From an uncultured Phycisphaeraceae bacterium (GTDB lineage: Bacteria > Planctomycetota > Phycisphaerae > Phycisphaerales > UBA1924), in the NCBI GenBank assembly GCA_964464165.1, contig CAYXFA010000006.1, positions 16,092 to 80,091 on the forward strand: a DNA stretch of 64,000 bases. Reading direction: 5' to 3'. The notes under the pieces were generated by a model, which worked only from the letters and a program-made list of their open reading frames with translations, searched no databases and was not told where the DNA came from. Shown piece by piece: positions 44,834 to 53,205 of the stretch. The position numbers were made by a program, and so were the translations under genes. Within the stretch, counting starts at the first letter, position 1. The number at the start of each line of letters is the position of its first letter.

Positions 44834-45774
44834 GACGCCCCCACCGCCGCCCGAGCGCCGGCGGCCAGCCCGAACTCGCTCTCCAGCCCGAAGGCCAGGT
44901 TGAGGTTCTGCACCGCCTGCGAGGCGGCGCCCTTCAGCAGATTGTCCAGCGTGCACACCACCGCCACGTCACGCCCGTCCCCCCCGACCGACAGCCCGCC
45001 GATCTCGGCGTCCGGCCGGCCCGCGATCTCCTGCACACGCGGCATACGCTCGCCGAGCACGCTGACCAGGCCGCAACCGGCGTAGGCCCCCCGGTACAGA
45101 TCGGTCAACTCTTCCACGCTTGTCGCGCCCCGCAGCCGGGCCTGGACCGTGACCGTGATGCCGCGGAAATACGGCGCCACGTGTGGGGAGAACCGCACCG
45201 TGGTCCCGAGGTGACGCGACGCTTCCCGCTCGTGCGTGTGCCCGACGATCCGGTACGGCGTGACGCCGTCGGAGAGCAGGACGGGGTCGTTGCGGGGCGA
45301 CGGCGTCGTGCCGGCCCCCGAGTACCCCGACACGCCGAAGGCGTGGACCGCCCCATCCAGCAGCCCGAGCAGCGGGCGGGCGGCGAGCTGCACCGCCGTG
45401 GCGTAGCAACCCGGGTTGGCGATCCGGGTCGCGCCGCGCAACGCCTCGCCGAAGTGCTCCGGCAGGCCGTACGCCCAGCCGTCCTCAAAGCGGTGGTCCG
45501 CTGACAGGTCGACGACCACGGCGCCCGCCATCGCCGCAAGGTACGGCCCGGTCGCCCCGTCCGGCACGGCCAGCACCACCGCGTCGGCCCCCTGCCGCGC
45601 CACGGCGTCCGGGTCGGCGTCGATGAACCGCGCCCCGTGCACGCCGGGCACGGGCTCGCCGGCCTGGGACCGCGACGCGGCGAAGGCCAGCCGCAACCCC
45701 GGGTGTTGGGCGATGAGGGCGATCAACTCGGCCCCGGCATAACCCCGGGCCCCGACGATGCCGACCGAACGCAC
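44830..45774 (-). CDS. argC: N-acetyl-gamma-glutamyl-phosphate reductase
   Basis: GTG 45774 gives VRSVGIVGARGYAGAELIALI (Rossmann). The active-site Cys is in IANPGCYATA. The stop overlaps the argH ATG (ATGA). Confidence 0.85.
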   Translation of the reverse strand: MRSVGIVGARGYAGAELIALIAQHPGLRLAFAASRSQAGEPVPGVHGARFIDADPDAVARQGADAVVLAVPDGATGPYLAAMAGAVVVDLSADHRFEDGWAYGLPEHFGEALRGATRIANPGCYATAVQLAARPLLGLLDGAVHAFGVSGYSGAGTTPSPRNDPVLLSDGVTPYRIVGHTHEREASRHLGTTVRFSPHVAPYFRGITVTVQARLRGATSVEELTDLYRGAYAGCGLVSVLGERMPRVQEIAGRPDAEIGGLSVGGDGRDVAVVCTLDNLLKGAASQAVQNLNLAFGLESEFGLAAGARAAVGAS

Positions 45775-45778
45775 GCGT

Positions 45779-47107
45779 TCAGACGCCAACGGGCACCTCC
45801 CCGGCGATGGCCGCCCCGAAGCTGGGCTCGTAGGACAGGGCGCGCTCGATGGCCTGCTCGATCTCCGCGCTGGTCTCAAGCCCGCGCCAGAAGATCAGCC
45901 ATTTCTCCGTCCGCTCCATCCCGTCCGCCCGCTGCATGTACCAGGCGTTGATCGGGTTGTCGATGCGGGAGCGCCAGAACAGACGCGGGTGGCGATCGAC
46001 CAGCCGGTTCCACAGCGAGGCGCCGATGCCCGCGCCCTGGGCCTCCGCGGTGACCGCGAACTTGTCCAGGTACGACGCCGGCTGCTCGTCGAACACGATC
46101 GCCACCGCCGTGTACGGCGCGATGATCGCCTCGGCGTGCATGGCGCTGGGGAAATAGTCGTCCCGGAGCGTCCGCCCGAAGCTGCTCTCCAGCAAACCCC
46201 GGAGCCGGTCGAGGTCGAGGGCGGCGAGGCCGTCGAACACCTCCACCGCCGCGCCGCGGCGCACCAGCGTCCCGCTGCCCTTGTGCGTGAACAGCTCGCG
46301 GGCCAGGTGCGCCGGCTTCGTGATCGACACCGAGGCGTGGGCGGGCAGCACGTTCAGCAGCGAGTGGATCTCGGTGAGCTTGCGGGCCATGCCCCCCGTC
46401 ACCTGGCCGGACTCCATCAGCCGTGCGCTGTCCTCTTCGAGGTTGATCGCCGAGATCACCCGCCCGTCCGCGCCGAGGATGCCCCCCGTCTCGGTCAGGA
46501 AGATCACCTTCGCCGGGCGGAGCGCCTCGGCGATGGCCCGGGCCGCGGTGTCCGCGTTCACGTTGAGCAGCTGCCCGTCCACCGTCACGCCCATCGGGGA
46601 AAGCACCGGCAGGTACCCCGCCTCCAGGGCCGCGCGGACCGGGGCCAGGTCCACCCGCGTGATGCGCCCGACCAGCCCGAGCCGCTCGGGGTCGTCGAGC
46701 TCGGCCTCGAACACGCCGGACGGGATCATCCGGGCCCGCACGCCGTGGGCGTCGATCGCCTCGGCCAGCCGCGCCCCCTCACGCAAAAACATCCGGTGCG
46801 CGGTCTGCAGCACCTCCGGCGTGGTCACGCGCAGCCCGTCTACCCACCGGCTCTCGATGCCGGACGCCTCCAGGTCGCGCGAGAGCTGCGGCCCGGCCCC
46901 GTGGACGACCACGGGCGCCATCCCGACGTGGCGTAGGAAGGCCAGCGAGGACGCCAGGTCCTCCAGGTCCTGCTCGATGAGCGCCCCCCCCACCTTCACG
47001 ACGGTCGTCCGCGCCGAGCCAGGCTGCGTGTACTCACGCAGGTACCGCTCGACCTCGCGCTTCCCACCCAGGTTGTGCAGCAGGTTGAGGATGATGTCGC
47101 GCAGCAT
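45779..47107 (-). CDS. argAB: bifunctional N-acetylglutamate synthase/kinase (AAK domain + vertebrate-like NAT domain)
   Basis: Internal ATG at 47107. The kinase part has VVKVGGALIE, VVHGAGPQ and NVNADTAA. The C-terminal part (YLDKFAVTAEAQGAGIGASLWNRLVDRHPRLFWRSRIDNPINAWY) matches the vertebrate-like NAGS (PF04768-type) pattern as I recall it. Confidence 0.8.
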   Translation of the reverse strand: MLRDIILNLLHNLGGKREVERYLREYTQPGSARTTVVKVGGALIEQDLEDLASSLAFLRHVGMAPVVVHGAGPQLSRDLEASGIESRWVDGLRVTTPEVLQTAHRMFLREGARLAEAIDAHGVRARMIPSGVFEAELDDPERLGLVGRITRVDLAPVRAALEAGYLPVLSPMGVTVDGQLLNVNADTAARAIAEALRPAKVIFLTETGGILGADGRVISAINLEEDSARLMESGQVTGGMARKLTEIHSLLNVLPAHASVSITKPAHLARELFTHKGSGTLVRRGAAVEVFDGLAALDLDRLRGLLESSFGRTLRDDYFPSAMHAEAIIAPYTAVAIVFDEQPASYLDKFAVTAEAQGAGIGASLWNRLVDRHPRLFWRSRIDNPINAWYMQRADGMERTEKWLIFWRGLETSAEIEQAIERALSYEPSFGAAIAGEVPVGV

Positions 47108-47109
47108 GG

Positions 47110-48222
47110 TCAACGCGCTCCTTTCACGCCCGCCAGCGTGCCCGCCGCGGCGCCGACCGCCCCGTCCCCGCCATCCGAGAACACCCGCTTGTAGACCTCC
47201 GCCGCGCGGCGCAGGTCCTCCAGCGGCACGAACTCGTCGGCCGCGTGCGCCTGCCGGATGTTCCCGGGTCCCAGCACGACCGTCGCCAGCCCGGCCTCCC
47301 CGAACAGCGCCGCCTCCGTCCAGAAGTCGACCGGGTCGCCGCGCGTCAGGCCGTAGTCGGCCAGCATCGCCCGCGTCCGCTCGCCCTCGTCGAGGCCGGG
47401 GGCCGCGAACCGGACCGTCCAGGTCCGCGCGTCCCGGTCGCCGCCCAGGCCGGCCAGCGCCCCCGCCGGCTCGTCCGGGTGCATGCCGGGCGGCGGACGC
47501 ATCCCGAAGACCACCCGCGCCGACGACGCGGCCACGTTCGCCTTCGTCCCGCCCTCGATCACGCCGATGTTCAACCGCACGTCGTCGTACGGGGTCGAGC
47601 GCGTCAGCGCGATCGCCTCGGCGCACCACAGGGCCGCCATGTGCACCGCATTGCGCTGGTCCGCCCCGATCACCGACGAGTGCGCCGCCACGCCCTTGAA
47701 CGACAGCTCGTAAGTCGCCAGCCCCCGGTGCCGCGTCACAGCACGCACGCCCGTCGGCTCGGCGACCACGGCCCGCTCGTAACGCGACGCCCCGCCCGCG
47801 AGGAAGGTCCGCACGCAGCGGCTCTGACCGGCCTCCTCGTCGGTGGTCAACAACAGGGCGATCGCCCCCGGCGCCGTCTCGGCCGCCGCCAGCATGCACG
47901 CCGCCGCCCCCTTCACGTCGCACGCCCCGAGCCCCACCGCGTGGTCCGCGTCTACCGCCAGCTTGAAGGGGTCACGCGTCCACGACGGGTCGGCGGGCAC
48001 CGTGTCCAGGTGGCAGTTGACGACCGTGCGCGCCGAGCCTCGCGTCGCCAGAAGCGAGACGCACCCGTCGCCCAGGTCCGTCAACGAAACATCGCAGCCC
48101 GCCCCCCGCAGCACCCCGGCGCAGTACGTCAACGCCGGGTGGTCCGGCGTGATCGCACGCGGCGGGTTCTGCGTGTCGCAGGCGACGAGCCGCTCAAGAT
48201 GGGTCAGCACGCGGCCGAGCAT
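47110..48222 (-). CDS. argE: M20-family deacetylase (acetylornithine or acetylcitrulline deacetylase)
   Basis: Internal ATG at 48222. Motifs: LVACDTQNPP, NCHLDTVP, GACDVKGAAA, TTDEEAG and HAADEFV. Position in the arg cluster supports the call. Confidence 0.75.
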   Translation of the reverse strand: MLGRVLTHLERLVACDTQNPPRAITPDHPALTYCAGVLRGAGCDVSLTDLGDGCVSLLATRGSARTVVNCHLDTVPADPSWTRDPFKLAVDADHAVGLGACDVKGAAACMLAAAETAPGAIALLLTTDEEAGQSRCVRTFLAGGASRYERAVVAEPTGVRAVTRHRGLATYELSFKGVAAHSSVIGADQRNAVHMAALWCAEAIALTRSTPYDDVRLNIGVIEGGTKANVAASSARVVFGMRPPPGMHPDEPAGALAGLGGDRDARTWTVRFAAPGLDEGERTRAMLADYGLTRGDPVDFWTEAALFGEAGLATVVLGPGNIRQAHAADEFVPLEDLRRAAEVYKRVFSDGGDGAVGAAAGTLAGVKGAR

Positions 48223-49457
48223 GACGACTCCTCCCGGGCCACGCCCAGCCGTTCGCCAAGGTCCTGCCGCGCGGCCGCGCCCATCGCGGACGACTGCCCG
48301 TACAGGCGGATGAAGCCCTCCGCGTCCGCCGCGGTCCAGTCCGCGTGCTGGGCGTAGGTCGCCCCCGCACGCACCAAGGGCCGCTCGGCCCGCACCTCGA
48401 CCGGATCGCAGGTGCCGCCGTGCGATTCGACAACCACCTCGCCGGTCACGGTCGCCTGGGTCGCCCGGATGAACGCCTCCAGGTCCGCCCGCAGGGGCTC
48501 GAAGAACAGCCCGCCGAACACCAGCTCGGTCCACCGGCGGGCCGCCTGCGGCTTGAACTCGTTCTGGGCCCGGGTCAAGGTCACCTCCTCCAGCGCCTTG
48601 TGCGCAGTCAGCAGCGCCTCAAGGCCCGGGCACTCGAACACGATCCGCCCCTTCAGGCCGACGATCGTGTCGCCCGTGTACATGCCCCGGCCCACGCCGC
48701 ACGCGCCGAACCGCTCGTTGAGCGTGCGCAGGATGGCCGGCCCGTCCATGGGCACGCCGTCGAGCGTGACGGCGCGGCCGCGATCGAAACCGATGGCGGC
48801 GCGCGTCGGCGTCTCCGGCCACGCCTCCGGCGGGCTGGTGAGCTTCCGCGTGCCCGGCCCGGGCGTCCCGAAGGCGTCGATCTCCGACCCGGACACCGTC
48901 ACGCCCAGCAGGTTCTCGTTGACCGTGTACCGGCGGGCCTCGTCGGACACGGAGAAACCCCGGGCCCGGAGGTCCTCGATCTCGTACGCCCGCGGCGTGC
49001 TGGTCACCGCCTGGATGTCCCGGATGGGCGCTTCGATCGGCAGGTCCGTCAACGAGCGGATCGACTGGTCGAACCGGACCTGGTCGTTGCCCATCGCGGT
49101 GCAGCCGTGGGCCACCGCGTCCGCCCCCCGCTCCTTGGCCAGCCGCACCGTCTCCGCCGCGATCACGTACCGGTCCGAGCACAGCAGGGGGTAGCGGTCC
49201 TGGTAGCGCACGCCGCCCATGACGAACGGCGTCACGAACGAGTCCCACAGGGCCAGCGACGCGTCCACCGTCACGTGCTCGACCGCGCCGAGCTCGCGGG
49301 CGCGTGCGCCGATCCGCTCGGCCCCGCCCGGCCCGACCCCGCCCGTGTCCACGAACAGCGTGACGACCCGGTAGCCCTTGTCGATCAGCCACGGTACGCA
49401 GAAGCTCGTGTCGAGGCCCCCGGAGAACGCGAGCACCACCGTCTTCTTCTCGGACAT
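48204..49457 (-). CDS. argG: argininosuccinate synthase
   Basis: ATG 49457, with GGAGG 7 nt upstream. The N-terminus is MSEKKTVVLAFSGGLDTS (PP-loop). Also HGCTAMGNDQVRF and ENLLGVT. The 3' end overlaps the argE start by 19 nt. Confidence 0.9.
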   Translation of the reverse strand: MSEKKTVVLAFSGGLDTSFCVPWLIDKGYRVVTLFVDTGGVGPGGAERIGARARELGAVEHVTVDASLALWDSFVTPFVMGGVRYQDRYPLLCSDRYVIAAETVRLAKERGADAVAHGCTAMGNDQVRFDQSIRSLTDLPIEAPIRDIQAVTSTPRAYEIEDLRARGFSVSDEARRYTVNENLLGVTVSGSEIDAFGTPGPGTRKLTSPPEAWPETPTRAAIGFDRGRAVTLDGVPMDGPAILRTLNERFGACGVGRGMYTGDTIVGLKGRIVFECPGLEALLTAHKALEEVTLTRAQNEFKPQAARRWTELVFGGLFFEPLRADLEAFIRATQATVTGEVVVESHGGTCDPVEVRAERPLVRAGATYAQHADWTAADAEGFIRLYGQSSAMGAAARQDLGERLGVAREESSCSAAC

Positions 49458-49474
49458 CGCCATCCTCCGCCGGG

Positions 49475-50500
49475 TCACGCCCGGACCGGGGCGCCGATCA
49501 GCGCCGCCATGAGTGCCTTCTGAACGTGCAGGCGGTTCTCCGCCTCCTCGATGATCAACGAGTTCGGGCCGTCCATCACGCCGTCCGTCGCCTTGACGTT
49601 CCGACGCGCGGGCAGGCAGTGCCCGAACGCCCCGTTCCCCCCGTTCGCGGTCAGCGCCATCTTCGCCTCGTCGACGATGAAGTGCCGGTTCGTGTCGCGC
49701 ACCGCCTTCTCCGCCTCCCAGTCGCCGAAGAACGGCAGCGCACCCCAGCTCTTGGCGTAGACCACGTCCGCCCCCGCGTAGGCCGCCTCGATGTCGTGCG
49801 ACACCGCGAACGACCCGCCGGACGCCTCCGCGTTCTCCGCCGCCCAGCCCATGTACCGCTCGTCCAGCAGGTACCGCTCGTCCGGGCACAGCAGCGTCAC
49901 GTCCATCCCGAACCGGGTCGCGATGATCGCCGCGGAGTTCGCCACCGCAGTGTTCAGGGGCTTGGGGTGGTACGTCCAGGTCAGCACGTACTTCTTCCCG
50001 CGCAGGTCGCTCGTGCCGAACCGCTCGCGCAGGGTGAGGACGTGGGCCAGCTCCTGGCACGGGTGGGTGATCGTCTCCATGTTGATCACCGGCACCGTGG
50101 CGTGGGCCGCGAACGAGCGGATCACCCGGTCCTGCCGGTCGACCGACCAGTCGCGGAACTTCGGGAAGGCCCGCACCGCGATCAGGTCGCAGTAGCGGCT
50201 CAGGACCCGCGCGGCCTCCCGCACGTGCTCCTCGGCATCTCCGTCCATCACCTCGCCGTCGCCGAAGGCCATCGCCCAGGCCCCCTGCCCGGGCTCGAGC
50301 ACCACCGCGTGCCCGCCCATCTGCCACGCCCCGATCTCGAACGACGACCGCGTCCGCAGCGACGGGTTGAAGAACACCAGCGCCACCGCCCGCCCCTCCA
50401 GCAGCGGCTGGAAGGGCTCACGCTTCAGCTCGGCGGCGTGGTCCAGCAGCGCGTCAAGGTCCGCCCGCGACCACTCCTGCGTGGTGATGAAGTGTTTCAA
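49475..50500 (-). CDS. argF': N-acetylornithine carbamoyltransferase-type transcarbamylase (ArgF')
   Basis: From LKHFITTQEWSRADLDALL the protein is collinear with my recollection of Xanthomonas AOTCase. Shared strings: FFNPSLRTR in place of the STRTR of OTCases, RAFPKF, VINMETITHPCQELAH, GKKYVLTWTYHPKPLNTAVANS, YAKSWGALPFFG, HCLPARRNVKATD and ENRLHVQKA. The only in-frame start matching that N-terminus is TTG at 50500. Confidence 0.8.
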   Translation of the reverse strand: MKHFITTQEWSRADLDALLDHAAELKREPFQPLLEGRAVALVFFNPSLRTRSSFEIGAWQMGGHAVVLEPGQGAWAMAFGDGEVMDGDAEEHVREAARVLSRYCDLIAVRAFPKFRDWSVDRQDRVIRSFAAHATVPVINMETITHPCQELAHVLTLRERFGTSDLRGKKYVLTWTYHPKPLNTAVANSAAIIATRFGMDVTLLCPDERYLLDERYMGWAAENAEASGGSFAVSHDIEAAYAGADVVYAKSWGALPFFGDWEAEKAVRDTNRHFIVDEAKMALTANGGNGAFGHCLPARRNVKATDGVMDGPNSLIIEEAENRLHVQKALMAALIGAPVRA

Positions 50501-50961
50501 GCGTTCTCCCCGTGCATGGCCGCGCCGAGTTCCTGCGCCAGACGCTCCGCGACCTTCGGGCCGCTCGTCGCCAGAAAAATCGTGTCGTCCCCCGCCACCG
50601 TGCCCGCCACCCCCTCCGGGGGCCACCGATCGAACGCCGTCGCGAGCATCTGCGCGTGGCCCGGCGCGGTCCGCACCACCACCAGCGCGTGCGCCGCCGC
50701 CACGGAGACCGCGTGCCGGCGCACCATCCCGCGCACCTCGTCCTCGCCCCCGTCCCGGGGGGCCGCGCCGAGCATCGCCTCCGGCAGCCGGTACCCGTCC
50801 GGCCCGCGCACCGCCCCGATCGCCGCCAGGTCGCGCGACACCGTCGCCTGCGTGACCCGCTCCCCGAACCGGGCCAGCACGCTCGCCAGGTCCTCCTGGC
50901 TCGCGACCGGCCCCTTGCGGAGCACGTCGACCATCAGCATGCGGCGGCGATCGCGGGACAT
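50497..50961 (-). CDS. argR: arginine repressor ArgR
   Basis: ATG 50961 gives MSRDRRRMLMVDVLRKGPVASQEDLASVLARFGERVTQATVSRDLAAIG (winged-helix DNA-binding domain). The C-terminal oligomerisation/arginine-binding part has GTVAGDDTIFL. Confidence 0.8.
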   Translation of the reverse strand: MSRDRRRMLMVDVLRKGPVASQEDLASVLARFGERVTQATVSRDLAAIGAVRGPDGYRLPEAMLGAAPRDGGEDEVRGMVRRHAVSVAAAHALVVVRTAPGHAQMLATAFDRWPPEGVAGTVAGDDTIFLATSGPKVAERLAQELGAAMHGENA

Positions 50962-50976
50962 ATGCAAGAGTATACG

Positions 50977-50994
50977 CATGAACGCATATTCATG
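50977..50994. promoter_or_regulatory. candidate ARG box (ArgR operator) upstream of argR
   Basis: CATGAACGCATATTCATG matches 9 of the 10 core positions of tnTGAATwwwwATTCAnw and is a near-perfect palindrome (ATGAA-N6-TTCAT). It sits in a local AT-rich patch 16 nt upstream of the argR ATG. Confidence 0.45.
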
Positions 50995-51027
50995 TCAAGC
51001 CCCGCGCCCATCGTGTAAAGTGATTTC

Positions 51028-52245
51028 ATGCAGGACGAAAGCGCCGCCCGGCCCCCCAGCACGCCGGCGCCACGGGCCCCGGCCGAACAGCCCATGCCGA
51101 CCCCCGAGCCGCCCGGCCCGTCCGAGGCCGCCCCGGACGCGCCCGGCGGGCTGCCCGCCGGCGTCGAGTTCGTCGACCTGGCCGTCGCGCTGGGCGTCCT
51201 GGCCGGCGTCGTCCTCGCCGCCCTGCTCATCCACTTCGTCCTCTTCCGGATCCTCTGCCGCCTCGCCGACCGCACCCGGGGCATGCCGACGCGGGAAGCC
51301 CTCGCCGGCGTCCGCAGGCCCGTGCTGCTCCTCTTTATTGTCGCGGGCGTCCACCTCGCCTCGCCGACGCTCGACTCGGTGATCGGCGCGCCCGCCATCG
51401 TCCTGCGCCACGCCCTGACCATCACGATGATCGTCGCCACGGCCTGGCTGGCCGTGCGCGTGCTGGACGCCGCGACCCGCGCCCTGCTGCACCGCTTCGA
51501 CACCTCGACCGCCGACAACCTCCAGGCCCGGCGCATCCACACGCAGATGGTCGTGCTCCGACGCGTCATCAAGATCGTCGTCGGCATCATCGCGGCCGGC
51601 GCGATCCTCATGACTTTCCCCGCCGCACGCCAGTTCGGCGCCTCCGTGCTCGCGTCCGCCGGCATCGCCGGGCTCGCCGTGGGCCTCGCCGCCCGCTCCG
51701 TCGTCGAGAACCTGCTCGCGGGCATCCAGATCGCCATCACCCAGCCCATCCGGCTCGACGACGTCGTGATCGTGGACGGCGAATGGGGCCGCATCGAGGA
51801 GATCACGGCCACCTTCGTCGTGGTGAACATCTGGGACCAGCGCCGCCTGATCGTGCCGCTGTCCCGGTTCATCAACGAGCCGTTCGAGAACTGGACCCGG
51901 CGCACCGCCCAGCTCATCGGCACGGTCTTCGTGTACGCCGACTACACCGTCAGCGTCCCCCGCATCCGGGAATGGCTGGACGGCTACCTGCCGACGAACC
52001 CCAAGTGGGACGGCCGAGTCTCGTCCGTGCAGGTCACGGAAACCACCGAGCGGACCATCCAGATCCGCGTCCTCGTCAGCGCGGCCAACTCGGGCGACAC
52101 CTTCGCCCTCCGCTGCGACACACGGGAAGCACTGATCGGGTTCATCAACCGGGAGTTCCCCGGCGCCCTGCCCCTGGTCCGCAGCGCGGCCGTCGGGCCG
52201 GACGGAGCGGTGCTGGACACCGCCGACCCGGACGACGCCGGATAG
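51028..52245 (+). CDS. MscS-family mechanosensitive channel
   Basis: TM helices, then the MscS beta-domain pattern QPIRLDDVVIVDGEWGRIEEITATFVVVNIWDQRRLIVPLSRFINEPFENWTRR. Confidence 0.85.
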   Translation: MQDESAARPPSTPAPRAPAEQPMPTPEPPGPSEAAPDAPGGLPAGVEFVDLAVALGVLAGVVLAALLIHFVLFRILCRLADRTRGMPTREALAGVRRPVLLLFIVAGVHLASPTLDSVIGAPAIVLRHALTITMIVATAWLAVRVLDAATRALLHRFDTSTADNLQARRIHTQMVVLRRVIKIVVGIIAAGAILMTFPAARQFGASVLASAGIAGLAVGLAARSVVENLLAGIQIAITQPIRLDDVVIVDGEWGRIEEITATFVVVNIWDQRRLIVPLSRFINEPFENWTRRTAQLIGTVFVYADYTVSVPRIREWLDGYLPTNPKWDGRVSSVQVTETTERTIQIRVLVSAANSGDTFALRCDTREALIGFINREFPGALPLVRSAAVGPDGAVLDTADPDDAG

Positions 52246-52251
52246 CGCCCG

Positions 52252-53067
52252 TCACCGCCCCGCGGCCGCGGCCATCCGCGCCGCCCGCTCCGGGTCGACG
52301 GGGTTCCGCCACGACCCGCCCGCCTTGATCCACGAGCCGACGATCAACGCGTCCGCGTACGCCAGCAGGGCCCCCGCCGTTTCGGGCGTCACCCCCGACC
52401 CGACCAGCACCGGCAGCGAGCACGCCTCCCGGACCGCCCGCACGTCCTCCACCGCCGTCGGACGCCCGGTCGCCGTCCCGGTCACGATCAGCCCGTCGGC
52501 CCCGAAAAACTCCGCCGCCTCGGCCACCGCCGCCAGGTCCAGGTCCCCCGTAATGGCGTGCGAGGCGTGCTTCTTTTTGACGTCGCAGTAGACGAGCACC
52601 CCTTCCGCCCCGATCGCCCGCCGGTAGCGCAACAGCCCCCCCGCTTCGGCCCGGGCCAACAGCCCCTCGTCCGCCACGTGGCTGAAGACGAAGTTCTCGC
52701 ACCGCACGAACGACCCGCCGCAGGCGTGGGCGCAGGCCACCGCCGCCCTATTCCCCCCCGACAGGATCTGCACCCCCAGCGGCGTCGTCACCGCCGCCCG
52801 CACCGCGCTGGCCGCCCGGGCCATCACCGCGACGACCTCCGGCCCCAGCTCCTCCCCGTGCACGTACGGCGCGTCGTGCATGTTCTCCAGGATGACCGCG
52901 TCGTAGCCCGCGTCGGCCAGCACGCGCGCCTCCTCCACCGCCGCCGAGACGATCTCGTCCACCGCCAGCCGCGCGTGCGGCGAGCCCGGTGTCGCGCCCA
53001 GGTGCACCATGCCGATGAGCCGCTTGGGCCCGCCGGCCGTCAGTCGCCATCCGGAAAGGGGGGTCAT
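52252..53067 (-). CDS. BtpA/SgcQ family TIM-barrel protein
   Basis: Internal ATG at 53067. LIGMVHLGATPGSP, DAVILENMHDAPY, VNVLR-type region RCENFVFSHVADEG, and GADGLIVTGTATG. Confidence 0.7.
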   Translation of the reverse strand: MTPLSGWRLTAGGPKRLIGMVHLGATPGSPHARLAVDEIVSAAVEEARVLADAGYDAVILENMHDAPYVHGEELGPEVVAVMARAASAVRAAVTTPLGVQILSGGNRAAVACAHACGGSFVRCENFVFSHVADEGLLARAEAGGLLRYRRAIGAEGVLVYCDVKKKHASHAITGDLDLAAVAEAAEFFGADGLIVTGTATGRPTAVEDVRAVREACSLPVLVGSGVTPETAGALLAYADALIVGSWIKAGGSWRNPVDPERAARMAAAAGR

Positions 53068-53205
53068 GCCCCAGCCTACGCCGCAACCGGGCCCGCCGCC
53101 GACCTGAACAACCGACCCGACCCACCGGGTCCGACTTGAGCCCAGGCCCGTTCTCGCGTAGCTTGTGCCACCGCTCCGACGCCCGAAACGCCCCGAGGAC
53201 GCCCC

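Noticed and set aside
49475-50500. Possibility that ArgF' is succinyl-ornithine-specific (loss of the acetyl-specificity Glu)
   Set aside because: A first alignment by eye suggested Ala at the specificity position. Recounting against my recollection of the Xanthomonas enzyme places the specificity Glu (E92 there) in DGDTEEH. That aligns with DGDAEEH here, so the Glu appears conserved. This still needs a real alignment.
50501-50626. ATG-initiated long form of argF' (start 50626)
   Set aside because: It adds 42 Gly/Arg-rich residues absent from homologues and lies wholly inside argR. The TTG at 50500, with an upstream GGGGAG, fits the family N-terminus.
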